Positions 29,857-40,391 are shown, numbered from the stretch's first letter. The stretch is 64,000 nt of DNA from Promethearchaeota archaeon (GCA_019058245.1 JAHPZJ010000013.1:393166-457165), one strand, 5' to 3'. Notes: a model not told the origin generated them from the letters alone. A program made the numbers and translations.

Positions 29857-30621
29857 TTATAAAAGATCTAGAATATTCTGCACATCAAAGCCATAGGTTA
29901 ATAATTGGATTAATAAACCAATTAAACCAGCAGCAATTGCTGCAGCTAATGCCCAAAAACTCCAAGTAGGCCAAGGTTTGTTTTGAAAATTATATCCCAT
30001 TTTAAATTGTTCATATAGAACTAAAACACCCCATACAATTAGAGCTATATCAAAAGCCCATGTGGAAATTTCATGTAATTCAGGGGGGTAATTTTTTAAC
30101 CAGCCAGCACGTGAACCAATCATCAAAAGATCTATCTCCTGGGGTGCACGCACGACTAAAAATAAAAATCCTATATGGATAATAAATAACCACGCAAACA
30201 CCAATAAATGCATATTAAGCCATGTCCATGTACGTTTTTGCAACTTGTCTTGGAGCAGAAATTTACCTCGTTTTCGTTCAAAAGTAACAACAATTCCAAA
30301 CAAAACTAAGAGAATAAATACGATGATTACAATTACAAACGGATTTACCGATCCTGATGCTAGAATAGGAAGTAGAAAAGACTGAACTAATGCGATTGAG
30401 CGAGGGATAGGGCTTTTTTGATACCATGCTAATCCTACAGTAAGAAAAATCAAACTATACGCCCAATTATGGATGTATAAAGGTTTTCCTTGAAGAAAAT
30501 CAAGACTGAATGGCATAATATACCAAATGAAATAGATTAATCCTAATGCAATTAACCCTAGACCAGGTCCAACAAGTTTATTATGTTTAATTTCTTCAAG
30601 TTTTTCTTTTTCTTCTTTCAT
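29857..30621 (-). CDS. Hypothetical multi-pass membrane protein (~7 TM)
   Basis: 254-aa hydrophobic ORF with ATG start. Confidence 0.75.
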   Translation of the reverse strand: MKEEKEKLEEIKHNKLVGPGLGLIALGLIYFIWYIMPFSLDFLQGKPLYIHNWAYSLIFLTVGLAWYQKSPIPRSIALVQSFLLPILASGSVNPFVIVIIVFILLVLFGIVVTFERKRGKFLLQDKLQKRTWTWLNMHLLVFAWLFIIHIGFLFLVVRAPQEIDLLMIGSRAGWLKNYPPELHEISTWAFDIALIVWGVLVLYEQFKMGYNFQNKPWPTWSFWALAAAIAAGLIGLLIQLLTYGFDVQNILDLL

Positions 30622-30743
30622 TTTAATTCACAATTTTAATTTTTTAATCATTACTTAGTTGATAAATCATAATTAGATTACAAGATATTTAGTAATTTAG
30701 TTTTTAAAATAAAAATCAAGCTTCATATAATCACTCATACTAT

Positions 30744-31559
30744 TTAATATCGTGGATTTTCTTTATATCTATTAAATAAAACTTTTAATCGATCTTGAGG
30801 CATTCCAAGACGCCATAGTAACGACATTAGTATCCATTTCCAAATAGTTCTGAAGATTCCATATTTTTCAAATCGACGAGTGGAATTATATATCCCGATG
30901 CGGTAGATACATGCAATCCCTTTACCTCCACGCCAATTACTTATACTTTTAGGCAATACTCTTTTTGCAAACTTCATTAGACGTCGACCAAAATCGAAAC
31001 CTTCACAAATCCACATTGGTGCGAATCCATTTAGAGCTTCAAAAACCCATTTCCTTACAAATATAGCATTATCTGCGGGATATGCTTTAAAAGTTTGAAA
31101 TAGTATGTTTCCAACCCAACCAAATGTGTAAACTGCCGTTCGCATAAAGCTATTTGGATTTGAATTATTATCCCATTTCCATTTCTTTGTAAAAGCTCCA
31201 CCAAGTATTAAAGGATTTCTAAGACGGCCAAAGAGCAAAAATAACGTACCAGGTCGAAGTTTTATATCTGCATGAAGAAATAAGAGAATATCAGATTTTG
31301 CAATCTCACCACCAAGATTTGATTGTAGTACTCTTCCTCGAGGAGACTCAATTACGATATCTGCTAACTTTCTCGCGATTTCTTTTGTATTATCAGTAGA
31401 TCCCCCATCACTTACAATAATTTCAATAGGAATGGAAAGACCAGAAGGAAATAGAGCAGCTCTTTTAACTGAAGCAATTGTATCAGCTATATAATTAGCT
31501 TCATTAAGAGTAATAATTATTATACTAATCTTTGGTGAAGTCTTGAACTGAATAGTTAT
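30744..31559 (-). CDS. GT2 glycosyltransferase, TIGR04283-like; extended start at ATA
   Basis: Frame continues 107 codons upstream of the ORF-track start: KISIIIITLNEA...IIVSDGGSTDNT...RGRVLQSNLGG...LLFLHAD; GGAGG SD 6 nt before ATA at 31559; in-frame TAG at 31592-31590. Confidence 0.85.
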   Translation of the reverse strand: MTIQFKTSPKISIIIITLNEANYIADTIASVKRAALFPSGLSIPIEIIVSDGGSTDNTKEIARKLADIVIESPRGRVLQSNLGGEIAKSDILLFLHADIKLRPGTLFLLFGRLRNPLILGGAFTKKWKWDNNSNPNSFMRTAVYTFGWVGNILFQTFKAYPADNAIFVRKWVFEALNGFAPMWICEGFDFGRRLMKFAKRVLPKSISNWRGGKGIACIYRIGIYNSTRRFEKYGIFRTIWKWILMSLLWRLGMPQDRLKVLFNRYKENPRY

Positions 31560-31570
31560 AAAGATCCTCC

Positions 31571-32194
31571 CTAATCTGGTAATTCGAAACTAATTTTATT
31601 TGATAATTTAGAATTCTTAAGGTCATCGAGTACATCAATATCGGAAAGAGTTGGTAATAGAAAATATTTTATACCAAGCTTATTAATATCTGCTATAGTA
31701 TCAGAAAATACGGAGGATGTACTCCACTTTTTATTTATAAACAATTCTTGATGTATTTCTTTAAGTCCCATCAAATAGTATCCTCCATCTTTTGCTGGTC
31801 CCAGTACAACATCATAATTTAGTAGTTGGTCAAATGCTTCATTAATAATCCTAGCAGTTAATTCCAAACAATCGCTTCCTATTATTACAGCTTTACGGTA
31901 TCGTTGTAGCGTGATCCTAAAGGCTTGCAGCATCTTTTCTCCAAAATCAGAACCTTTTTGTAAAAATTTTATAAAGAATTCTTTTTCCCAAAGATCATTC
32001 TCATCGATATAATCCGAATAAAATAATAAACGCGCACATGGAACTTCAAGTGAAATAGATCGTGTGTGTTCAATTAATACTTTATAAACAGTTAAAGCAC
32101 TCTCTTCTCCAATATCTGCAGCTAAACGTGTTTTTACACATCCTATATTAGGATTTCTTACAAGGATTATTAAGCCTTTATCATTCATTTTCAT
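31571..32194 (-). CDS. DUF2064/TIGR04282-like transferase
   Basis: VKTRLAADIG, QKGSDFGEKM, IIGSDC, VLGPAKDGGYYLMG, WSTSSV, LSDID; ATG at 32194 overlaps the upstream TGA stop (ATGA). Confidence 0.88.
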   Translation of the reverse strand: MKMNDKGLIILVRNPNIGCVKTRLAADIGEESALTVYKVLIEHTRSISLEVPCARLLFYSDYIDENDLWEKEFFIKFLQKGSDFGEKMLQAFRITLQRYRKAVIIGSDCLELTARIINEAFDQLLNYDVVLGPAKDGGYYLMGLKEIHQELFINKKWSTSSVFSDTIADINKLGIKYFLLPTLSDIDVLDDLKNSKLSNKISFELPD

Positions 32195-33189
32195 ATAACT
32201 ATTGTTGTGCAATTATTATTTACTCTAACTAGATCTTTTGAGTTTGCTTTTTGCCACTCAAGGTTTATTTCTTCCCCACGACACCAAGGGCAATATTCAT
32301 CATGATTATTTAATTTTCCTCTTATTGCTCGCCTACTAGCGCAACCTCCTTGACATAAACAATCTGCGGCAACTGGAGGGATGGCTTGAGCCATTATAAA
32401 TTGTTGAGTTTCAAAGATTTTTTCACCAAGCTCTAATAGGTCATTGATATCGGGAATGGGTTCAATAGCTTTATTATTTCCCCAATATACACAAGGGATT
32501 ACTTGTCCTTTAGGATTAATTCGTATGCTTTTACGACCACAAGGAGAAAAAATCTCCCCCAGTCCTAGCGCGGCTCTTACAACAGGTTCAAAACAAGAGA
32601 TGACCTTACCTTTGCTAAATAATAGTCGAAATCCCTCCCAGAATTCCTTATAATTAAGCTGATAATCGTCTGTATTTACAGATTGAAAAACACTAACACG
32701 CAAGTTAACTCCATATGAACGGGCAAGATCTACCATCTGGTCCATCTTGTCGTAATTAACAGACATCATTGTAGTAAGTATAGTCAATTCAATACCTGCG
32801 TTATCGCATCGTTTAATAGCCCTATTTACTAATTCCCAATTTCCTTTACCACGAAATTTATCTTGTTCTTGACTCGTAGGGAAATCAATGGAAACTTCAA
32901 TATCATTGAAAAGTTCTAAATATTTATCGGAAAGTCTACTTATAGTCAAACCGTTGGAGGCTAAACTGAGTCGCACATCTCGACAAGCTAAAAAGTTAAG
33001 AATTTCAAGGAATTCTGGATTTAATATATTTTCTCCAGTACCCATCCCTATCGAACTAATAGGTATCGCTTTGCATAGCTTTTGAATTTGTTTTAAAGTA
33101 ATATTAGAGATCTGCGTTTTATCACGATAACAATGTGTACAATTTAAATCACAATTATTGGTTAAACCAATTCCAATTGAATATTTCAT
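32191..33189 (-). CDS. Radical SAM protein with C-terminal SPASM/twitch-like Cys cluster
   Basis: CDLNCTHC; C-terminal CGRKSIRINPKGQVIPC...CLCQGGCASR...YCP. Confidence 0.88.
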   Translation of the reverse strand: MKYSIGIGLTNNCDLNCTHCYRDKTQISNITLKQIQKLCKAIPISSIGMGTGENILNPEFLEILNFLACRDVRLSLASNGLTISRLSDKYLELFNDIEVSIDFPTSQEQDKFRGKGNWELVNRAIKRCDNAGIELTILTTMMSVNYDKMDQMVDLARSYGVNLRVSVFQSVNTDDYQLNYKEFWEGFRLLFSKGKVISCFEPVVRAALGLGEIFSPCGRKSIRINPKGQVIPCVYWGNNKAIEPIPDINDLLELGEKIFETQQFIMAQAIPPVAADCLCQGGCASRRAIRGKLNNHDEYCPWCRGEEINLEWQKANSKDLVRVNNNCTTIVI

Positions 33190-33229
33190 TTATTCCATCT
33201 CCATATATTTAAGATTAAATTACCTCACT

Positions 33230-34051
33230 TTATTGACTAATACCTATTGCGATGAAATATACGATACTCGAGAAGAAATGGTTAAGTTGAAGTCGATTTT
33301 CTAGTTCCAACATCCAAGCATTATACTCTTCTTCTGTGATTATTTTCTGATCTAATGCACCAGATGCAGCGTGTCTAATGGATTGAGTCAACGAGCTATT
33401 TTCATCTGTTGCAATTGAAACTAAAGGACAAATGTTAATATCCTTCAAGCCATTAGCATTGAGCAAACTAAATAATTGTCTACCACTCCAATTGTTCCCA
33501 TCCTTATGATCAGTTCTCCAATGGAGTATTTTGCGCGTTACCTTGCGGTTTGGATGATCAACAGTTAGTGTCTCAAAATCCCAATCCATCAAGGCAATTT
33601 TTCCTCCGGATTTAACAGTGCGAATTAATTCCTCTACAACTCTTAGAGGATCATTTACATGAAGCAATAATCTTGTAGCGAAAACACTATCGAAATTATT
33701 ATCCTGACAAGGAAGATCTTCCGCATCTCCAACCTTAAATTGAATTAAATTAACTAAATTATCTTTACTTGCTTGTTCAAGAGCGAATGATATAATGCCT
33801 GGAGAATTATCGATCCCAGTTATACTTCCTCCCGGTTCAAGAAATGGTGCTATCAACCGAGATAATACTCCACTACCACATCCAACATCTAATAAATGTT
33901 CTCCAGGTTTTGGATTGAGTATATCTCTGAATCTTAAATTGATTTGGACCTGATCTGGATATTTTGAGCGTTTTTCAATATATTCAGCCATTTTTTTTGC
34001 TGTTTCTGGCTTTTTATTTGATTCCTTAGACCATAAGCTTGTTGGAACCAT
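33230..34051 (-). CDS. Class I SAM-dependent methyltransferase (UbiE/Methyltransf_11/31-like)
   Basis: LLDVGCGSG, GIDNS, GDAEDLP, FDSV, VKSGG. Confidence 0.9.
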   Translation of the reverse strand: MVPTSLWSKESNKKPETAKKMAEYIEKRSKYPDQVQINLRFRDILNPKPGEHLLDVGCGSGVLSRLIAPFLEPGGSITGIDNSPGIISFALEQASKDNLVNLIQFKVGDAEDLPCQDNNFDSVFATRLLLHVNDPLRVVEELIRTVKSGGKIALMDWDFETLTVDHPNRKVTRKILHWRTDHKDGNNWSGRQLFSLLNANGLKDINICPLVSIATDENSSLTQSIRHAASGALDQKIITEEEYNAWMLELENRLQLNHFFSSIVYFIAIGISQ

Positions 34052-34290
34052 TTTGGATCATGCGTTTGAAAGTAATTTATCCAATTTTTTAATCTTATTT
34101 TTATTCTAATTCGATTAAATTATAAAATAAATTGATTAGTCAATTACTATCTTAATTTTAATTTAAACTTACCTCAATTAAATTATAATGAAGATGTGAT
34201 TATCTTTTTTAATAACCAGAGCATAAGTATTCCATTGTTATTGCAGGATTATATAGGCAGTTTTCATTTCAAAAAAGTATAACTTATATA

Positions 34291-35130
34291 TTATTTTGAT
34301 TCAAAGATTTTGCGAATTTTGTCAAACCTTTCATTTCTCGATAATCTATTGGCTATCGGGTTATGATCTCCATATAATCCCTTATGATATACTTGTCTGT
34401 GAGTTTGATAAAAAAGTCCTATAGTGAACCTATGTAAATTCCTAGCAGCAGTTAAAGCTTCTTCCATTGTTTTCGGTTCTTTACCAATGTATTCAATCTT
34501 ATCCTTGAATTCCTCCCATTTGTGGTAGGGCATCGCAGGTTGCAAAATTTCGATAAAGGAAAATCCTTCATGCTCTATAGCTTTCACAAGAGTTTCCGTT
34601 AAATGTTTAATTTCACCAGAATAGCATCTTGCTACAAATGTTGCTCCTGCTTCAATAAGTAAAGAAATGGGATTAAAAGGAATCTCAAAACTTCCCATTG
34701 GGGTTGATGGTCCTTTCCAACCCTCCTGAGTTAAGGGAGAAAATTGACCTGTCGTGAGAGCATAAACTCCATTATTATGCAAGATCATAGTGATATCCAT
34801 GTTACGTTTTGCTGCAAAGAGAGTATGAGCTAAACCTTCTCCTAAACCACTCCCATCACCAGAAAAAGTTATCACTTTTAAATTAGGATTAGAAATTTTG
34901 ATCCCAGAAGCAGTGGTTATTTCTCTTCCATGTAATGAATAAATCCCGCTTAAATTAAAATAATCAAAAATTTTTGCATGACATCCAATTCCAGCGGTCA
35001 TAATCATATTCTCTCGTTTAATACCTTTTTGCTCTAGTATGGGAAGTGCATTTCTAATTGCTGTAAAAATCCCGAAATTACCGCATCCAGGACACCATGT
35101 AATTTCAGCATATGTTTTAAGATCTTCCAT
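34291..35130 (-). CDS. korB: 2-oxoacid:ferredoxin oxidoreductase beta subunit
   Basis: TWCPGCGN, GIGC, LHGR, GDG TPP motif, NNGVYALTTGQFSP. Confidence 0.92.
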   Translation of the reverse strand: MEDLKTYAEITWCPGCGNFGIFTAIRNALPILEQKGIKRENMIMTAGIGCHAKIFDYFNLSGIYSLHGREITTASGIKISNPNLKVITFSGDGSGLGEGLAHTLFAAKRNMDITMILHNNGVYALTTGQFSPLTQEGWKGPSTPMGSFEIPFNPISLLIEAGATFVARCYSGEIKHLTETLVKAIEHEGFSFIEILQPAMPYHKWEEFKDKIEYIGKEPKTMEEALTAARNLHRFTIGLFYQTHRQVYHKGLYGDHNPIANRLSRNERFDKIRKIFESK

Positions 35131-35131
35131 A

Positions 35132-36793
35132 TTATTTGAGCACCTCCTTTATTTGATTTGATAAATCTATAGGATCAAATGGACGACCATCATATTGTTT
35201 TATTGTATTTCTTATCTTTAATCCAGCTCTTTCGTTTAAAAGCTTAGTAAATTGACCAGTAGAACTTTGTTCAATAACAATATTATCATGATCTTTAAAC
35301 TCTTCTATTTCCCATATAGGTAAAGGACTCAAATATATTGGGGCAATAGTAGTAGGATTTAATCTTCCATATTTAAGAGCCTCTAATACACTCATATAAG
35401 TAGAACCATAAGTGAATATGTTAGTAGGATTTTCACCTCGAATTATTTTAACAGTTTTTTGCCCTTTTAAATAATCTATAAGTGAATCTAACTTTTTATT
35501 TCTTTTATCATGCATAAATGAAATCATCTTTGCATTTTCTGTAGTAATTCCTAATTCATCATGCTCATAACTGTTCCATTTTATTATCTTTTTAGATGGT
35601 GGAAATAACATGGGGGAAATTCCATCATCAGTATCCAAATATCGTTTATATTCGCCCTCTTTATGTATTTTTGGCTCGGCCCACTTAGATTTTTCTAATT
35701 CAGCTTCTATTGTCATACTACTCTCTGAAAGATGTTTTTCAGTTAATAATATTCCTGGTGTCTGAAATTTCCATACTAGATCTAACATTTCGGCAGTAAG
35801 ATAATATGCCTCTCTAATTGTAGTAGGAGAAGCAACTATTCTTAGAAAATCTCCATGAGCTGCAGTTAAAGCGAAAGCTAAATCTGCCTGTTCTGTATAA
35901 GTAGGCACCCCTGTTGCAGGACCTGGTCGCTGAGATAAAACAACTAATACAGGTGCTTCTGTCATACCTGCTAAAGAGAATCCTTCTACCATAAGAGCAA
36001 ATCCCCCTCCACTCGTACCAACCATGGCTCTTGCTCCTGTAAAACTTGAACCAATTGCCATATTAATGACTGCTATTTCACTTTCAGCATGAACTACTGC
36101 TAAACCAAAATTTTCAGCTTCCCTAGCGAGTGTGTGTAAGATTGAGGATGCGGGAGTCATAGGATAACCAAAATATACATCCAATCCTCCAGCTACAGCA
36201 CCAAAACTAATTGCCTCATTTCCTGTAAGAATTGATCTTTTTTTATCTCCTCTTTCTAAGTAAAATTTCTTTCCACAAGCAGGATAAACAATATCATATA
36301 TTGTATTTGCAAAGCTAATATTATCTTCTATTCCTCTTGGATATTCCTCTTCAATCATTTGTTTCATTTCTTCTTTTTCGAATCCGATTGTTGCTGCTAA
36401 TATTGCTATTGCCCCAACTCCAAACATTAACTCTTTCATTGGATACTTTTCTGCTTCTGTTGTTAATGATATTCCTATGCCGTTATCAATTTCCTGTTCA
36501 TCTAAATTAAAAATCATAATCCCATTTTCAGCAATATCATTTTTGTGTATTTTATAACTTCGTTGATCAAAATTTACAACCAGATTAGCATTCATATATT
36601 GACTACTGATCCATCTAGGGCTTGTACTTACAACAGAAAAGTTATGTCCACCTCTTATTAAACTCATATAATCATCCATTTGAAACACATGCTGACCTAT
36701 ACTGGAGAATATATGTGCTGCCACAGAACCCGCTTTCTTTACACCTTCACCAGCTTTGCCTCCAACTAAAAATGTAAAAACATCTGAATCCAT
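35132..36793 (-). CDS. korA: 2-oxoacid:ferredoxin oxidoreductase alpha subunit (gamma-alpha fusion)
   Basis: GGKAGEGV, SLIRGGHN, GNEA, GYPMTPAS, ESEI, TSGGGF, QRPGPATGVPT. Confidence 0.92.
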   Translation of the reverse strand: MDSDVFTFLVGGKAGEGVKKAGSVAAHIFSSIGQHVFQMDDYMSLIRGGHNFSVVSTSPRWISSQYMNANLVVNFDQRSYKIHKNDIAENGIMIFNLDEQEIDNGIGISLTTEAEKYPMKELMFGVGAIAILAATIGFEKEEMKQMIEEEYPRGIEDNISFANTIYDIVYPACGKKFYLERGDKKRSILTGNEAISFGAVAGGLDVYFGYPMTPASSILHTLAREAENFGLAVVHAESEIAVINMAIGSSFTGARAMVGTSGGGFALMVEGFSLAGMTEAPVLVVLSQRPGPATGVPTYTEQADLAFALTAAHGDFLRIVASPTTIREAYYLTAEMLDLVWKFQTPGILLTEKHLSESSMTIEAELEKSKWAEPKIHKEGEYKRYLDTDDGISPMLFPPSKKIIKWNSYEHDELGITTENAKMISFMHDKRNKKLDSLIDYLKGQKTVKIIRGENPTNIFTYGSTYMSVLEALKYGRLNPTTIAPIYLSPLPIWEIEEFKDHDNIVIEQSSTGQFTKLLNERAGLKIRNTIKQYDGRPFDPIDLSNQIKEVLK

Positions 36794-36957
36794 TTATTTC
36801 TTAACCTCTAATTATTAAATTTTAGGGTCATAACTGATTAAATATATTTTTGATTTAGCTATAAATTATTTAAATATATGGATTATAATATCTTAATCTT
36901 AGAATTATTAGATTATATAGCTATTAAAACAAGGGAATTTTGAACTTTAAATTCTAA

Positions 36958-37977
36958 TTAATCTATTATCTTTCTAATTTTTTTATATCTTTTGATATTT
37001 CTTCTAATTATTATAGGAAAATAACATAACTCAAGAAAGAATAATAGTAAAAAAAATTGAATATATACTGAATAGACTATCCAGGAAAATATTAAAAGAA
37101 GAGACAATCCTTCAATAAATATAAGAATCCATATTAGGATTATTAATCTATGATAATATAACCCTCTGATTAGAACATCATTTGTAATTGTATTTTCACA
37201 TGATCGACAGAGTCTATTATCGAATCGTATTTTATTGCCACACTTTGGGCAAAAATATAAATCTTTTTTAATAAAATATAACGTTCCAATTAACGTAGAA
37301 AAGACTAAAATTGAAGAAATAATTGTGGTATAAGATATAATGAATTTATTATAAGTATAGAGAAGTCTGATATTCCCAATCATAATATAATAATCCAATT
37401 CTGGATTATTTTCTGTAATATTAATACAAAAGGCAATTTCACTTAGTTGTTTCTCTTCAAAAATTTCGGTTAAATCAATAGTTTGTTCAAGATCATATTC
37501 TTCCCAAGGGTGTTGTGTAATCTCAGACATGTTGAAGTTATCGATTATTTCTTCGTGGTTAGGTTTATTATTCCAAGTTATCTCAGAATAATTCAAATTT
37601 GATTCAATCAATATTAAATTTAATTCAACATCTTCTACATCAGGACCATTAATATTATGTAAACTGTAAGAAGCAACAACAAGGTGAAGTGCTTCTGTTT
37701 CTTTTGGCAATATTGCAAGGTTATAATGGATAAATACTTCACAGGAATTTCCAAATTCTGTGTTTTTGCTTGAAGGAAAAAAATAATTCACATCAGGATT
37801 GCTTTGGTCCACATGTGTTAAACGGTCTACTTCTAATTCTCTGAGATATTTAGTAGTTATACCAATATTCCCACCAAATAAAGGAATAAAATTAATAATT
37901 AATAGAAAGAAAGATAGGATTGCTAAACTAATAAAAATTACTTTAGTTCTCAAATTCTTAATATATTGTGTTTTCAT
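36958..37977 (-). CDS. Membrane protein: TM + DNRLRE-like domain + TM + Zn ribbon + 2 TM (paralogue 2)
   Basis: HVDQSNPDVNY and EITWNNKP motifs; CPKC...CRSC; paralogue of 38002-39030. Confidence 0.7.
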   Translation of the reverse strand: MKTQYIKNLRTKVIFISLAILSFFLLIINFIPLFGGNIGITTKYLRELEVDRLTHVDQSNPDVNYFFPSSKNTEFGNSCEVFIHYNLAILPKETEALHLVVASYSLHNINGPDVEDVELNLILIESNLNYSEITWNNKPNHEEIIDNFNMSEITQHPWEEYDLEQTIDLTEIFEEKQLSEIAFCINITENNPELDYYIMIGNIRLLYTYNKFIISYTTIISSILVFSTLIGTLYFIKKDLYFCPKCGNKIRFDNRLCRSCENTITNDVLIRGLYYHRLIILIWILIFIEGLSLLLIFSWIVYSVYIQFFLLLFFLELCYFPIIIRRNIKRYKKIRKIID

Positions 37978-38001
37978 TTTAATTCGATTTTACTTAGTAT
38001 C

Positions 38002-39030
38002 TTAGTTTTTATAGTTTCTTACTTTTTTACGTATTTTTATCGAAAAGAAAATTATAGAGAAAATTAGTAAAGCTCCAACGATACAACCAATCTCCATAGC
38101 TCCAAAAAAAGGAAGGATGGAATAAAAAATGTTAAAGGATGTGGTTATAAGAAGAAAAATTACCTCAAAAAAAGCAAATATCCATAATAAAATTATTAAT
38201 ATTTGATAGTACAAACTAGTTCTTAGCATTTCATGTTCAAAAGGTTTCTGGCATGATGAACACCATAATTCAGTAAAATTCCTCTTTGTTTTACAATTTG
38301 GACAATAATATATACCTTTTCTCAGATAAACTATTGTTCCAATTAACATAATAAAAATTATAATTGAAGAAATAATTGCTGTATAAGATATAAGAAATTG
38401 TTCATAACTATATAGAAGCTTGATTCCGGATAGATAAACAATATCCTTCAATTCTTCATTATTTTCCGTAATATTAATACAAAAACTAATCTCTGTTTGT
38501 TGTCTTTCTTCAAAAATTTCTGTTAAATCAACGGTTTTTTCAAGATCATAATATTCTACAGTAAAATGATTCCTAATTGCAGAAGCATTTACAGTTTCGA
38601 TTATTTCTTCATGCTTAGGTTTATTATTCCAATTAATTTCGGAAGAATTCCAATTTGAGTCAACCAAAATTAAATTTATTTCAAAATCTTTAATATAAAA
38701 CATATAAGAATAGGATTGAAAACCATTAATCGTAAAATATAACTTTTTTGTTTCTTTTGGTAATGATTGAAGATTAAAATGGACAAAAAATTGACAAGAA
38801 TTTCCAACAATAGTATTATACATTAAATAATTATAATAGTTCATATCTGGATTACTTTGATTTACATATGCTACACGATCCCAGCCTAAATCTCTGGTAT
38901 ATTTAGTAGTTATACCTACATTCCCACTAAAGAAAGGAATAAAATTAATAATCAATAGAAAAGAAGATATGATCGCTAAACTAATAAAAATTACTTTGGT
39001 CCTCAAATTATTGATATTTTGTTTTTTCAT
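38002..39030 (-). CDS. Membrane protein: TM + DNRLRE-like domain + TM + Zn ribbon + 2 TM (paralogue 1)
   Basis: AYVNQSNPDMNY and WNSSEINWNNKP; CPNC...CSSC. Confidence 0.7.
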   Translation of the reverse strand: MKKQNINNLRTKVIFISLAIISSFLLIINFIPFFSGNVGITTKYTRDLGWDRVAYVNQSNPDMNYYNYLMYNTIVGNSCQFFVHFNLQSLPKETKKLYFTINGFQSYSYMFYIKDFEINLILVDSNWNSSEINWNNKPKHEEIIETVNASAIRNHFTVEYYDLEKTVDLTEIFEERQQTEISFCINITENNEELKDIVYLSGIKLLYSYEQFLISYTAIISSIIIFIMLIGTIVYLRKGIYYCPNCKTKRNFTELWCSSCQKPFEHEMLRTSLYYQILIILLWIFAFFEVIFLLITTSFNIFYSILPFFGAMEIGCIVGALLIFSIIFFSIKIRKKVRNYKN

Positions 39031-39041
39031 CTTTATCCCTT

Positions 39042-40391
39042 TTAAATTAATTTATTTGTTTGATATTTATCAATAGAAATGATTGGTTCTAATTCAGGTA
39101 ATTTTTTTTTTGGATTTTTTAATGACTTTAATTCTGATTTAACATCATTTTTAATTTGGGATTTATTCTGGACTTTTGTTATATTTAATAGTTTCAATGT
39201 TCTTTTATAATACCTAATTGCTTTTTGCTTTAAATTTAAATTAACAAAGACTCTTGCCAAATTCCAATAATAGAGAAAATTATCTCTGTATAACTTTATT
39301 GCAGTTAAGAATTTATTTAATGCATTTTTATAATCTTGTTTATAAAAACTTTTAATACCTTGATAGAATATATCTAAAGAATATCTTCTTATAATATTAG
39401 GAGAAAATAGCTTGAGATGATGTTTTTGAATATCTTGAGATAATTGCTCAATCTTTTTTACCATCTTATCTTTCTCAGTTTTAGAAGAAAGTAGTGTTTC
39501 AATCATACCCAAACCATATGATTCAATAGAAGCAAATATTATTTTCTGACTTCCTGGTATTAAAGGGGCTTTTATTAAAGCGTTTAGTAAAATTTCATGA
39601 AATTTATATCTAATTAGAATTTCTGGTAATTCTAAAATTTGAGAGCCATCAAAATCAGCGAAAAATTTAAAATTCTTCATTTCGTCTATAAAGATTTTAA
39701 CAATTAGGGGAGAAATTATTAATGAATCTTTAATCAATTTAAAATTTATTTTTCTATTATCATTTTTTATAAATTTAATTGTCTTTATAAGTAAATTATT
39801 TAAAAGATCTTCTTGTTCTTTTGTAATAAATAAATCTTTAAAATCTATTATCTTATTTATCAATAATTTTTTACGAATACACGTAAAACCTTGAAATATT
39901 TCAACGATATTACTCATTTCTGGCTTATTACACACAAATTCTACAGAAGGGATTGATTCTTTATTATAAAAACTTGTTTGAACTATATTTTCAAATCCAA
40001 TTTTTTCTAAAATTTCCTGCAACAATTGAGGAGGAAAGCAAAATTTATGTTCTAAACCTTCATGAGGAAGACCATATATCCAACTTAAAATATCCTTTTT
40101 TTTTTCATAATCTGAATTTAAATATGTGCGAAAAGCTTTTTCTAAATCAGGAGTCTCTAAGATCAATTTACCCTTGGGTTCTAAAACTCTAAAATATTCA
40201 CTTATAGCATAAATGGATTGGTATAATCCTAAATGCTCAATTAAATGAATTGCCTTTACTTCTTGGCAGGAAAAATCTTCAAACTCAAGATTTACTGCTG
40301 ACATCTTTTTGTCAGCAATTAGATCCTCATAAAGATCTATATTAATGTATTCCGGTTCAAATTGCTTCCCACAACCAATATTCAATTTCAT
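39042..40391 (-). CDS. SAM-dependent methyltransferase-like domain fused to C-terminal TPR repeats
   Basis: KLNIGCG, YINIDL, HLIEHL, RVLEPKG; C-terminal ALNKFLTAIKL..YYWNLARVF...AIRYYKRTLKL. Confidence 0.8.
   Translation of the reverse strand: MKLNIGCGKQFEPEYINIDLYEDLIADKKMSAVNLEFEDFSCQEVKAIHLIEHLGLYQSIYAISEYFRVLEPKGKLILETPDLEKAFRTYLNSDYEKKKDILSWIYGLPHEGLEHKFCFPPQLLQEILEKIGFENIVQTSFYNKESIPSVEFVCNKPEMSNIVEIFQGFTCIRKKLLINKIIDFKDLFITKEQEDLLNNLLIKTIKFIKNDNRKINFKLIKDSLIISPLIVKIFIDEMKNFKFFADFDGSQILELPEILIRYKFHEILLNALIKAPLIPGSQKIIFASIESYGLGMIETLLSSKTEKDKMVKKIEQLSQDIQKHHLKLFSPNIIRRYSLDIFYQGIKSFYKQDYKNALNKFLTAIKLYRDNFLYYWNLARVFVNLNLKQKAIRYYKRTLKLLNITKVQNKSQIKNDVKSELKSLKNPKKKLPELEPIISIDKYQTNKLI

Noticed and set aside
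30744-31238. GT2 gene as a truncated pseudogene, as the ORF track suggests
   Set aside because: The frame is open and conserved up to 31559; only the start codon is non-canonical.
33230-34051. Calling the methyltransferase arsM
   Set aside because: The conserved ArsM cysteine motifs are not visible.
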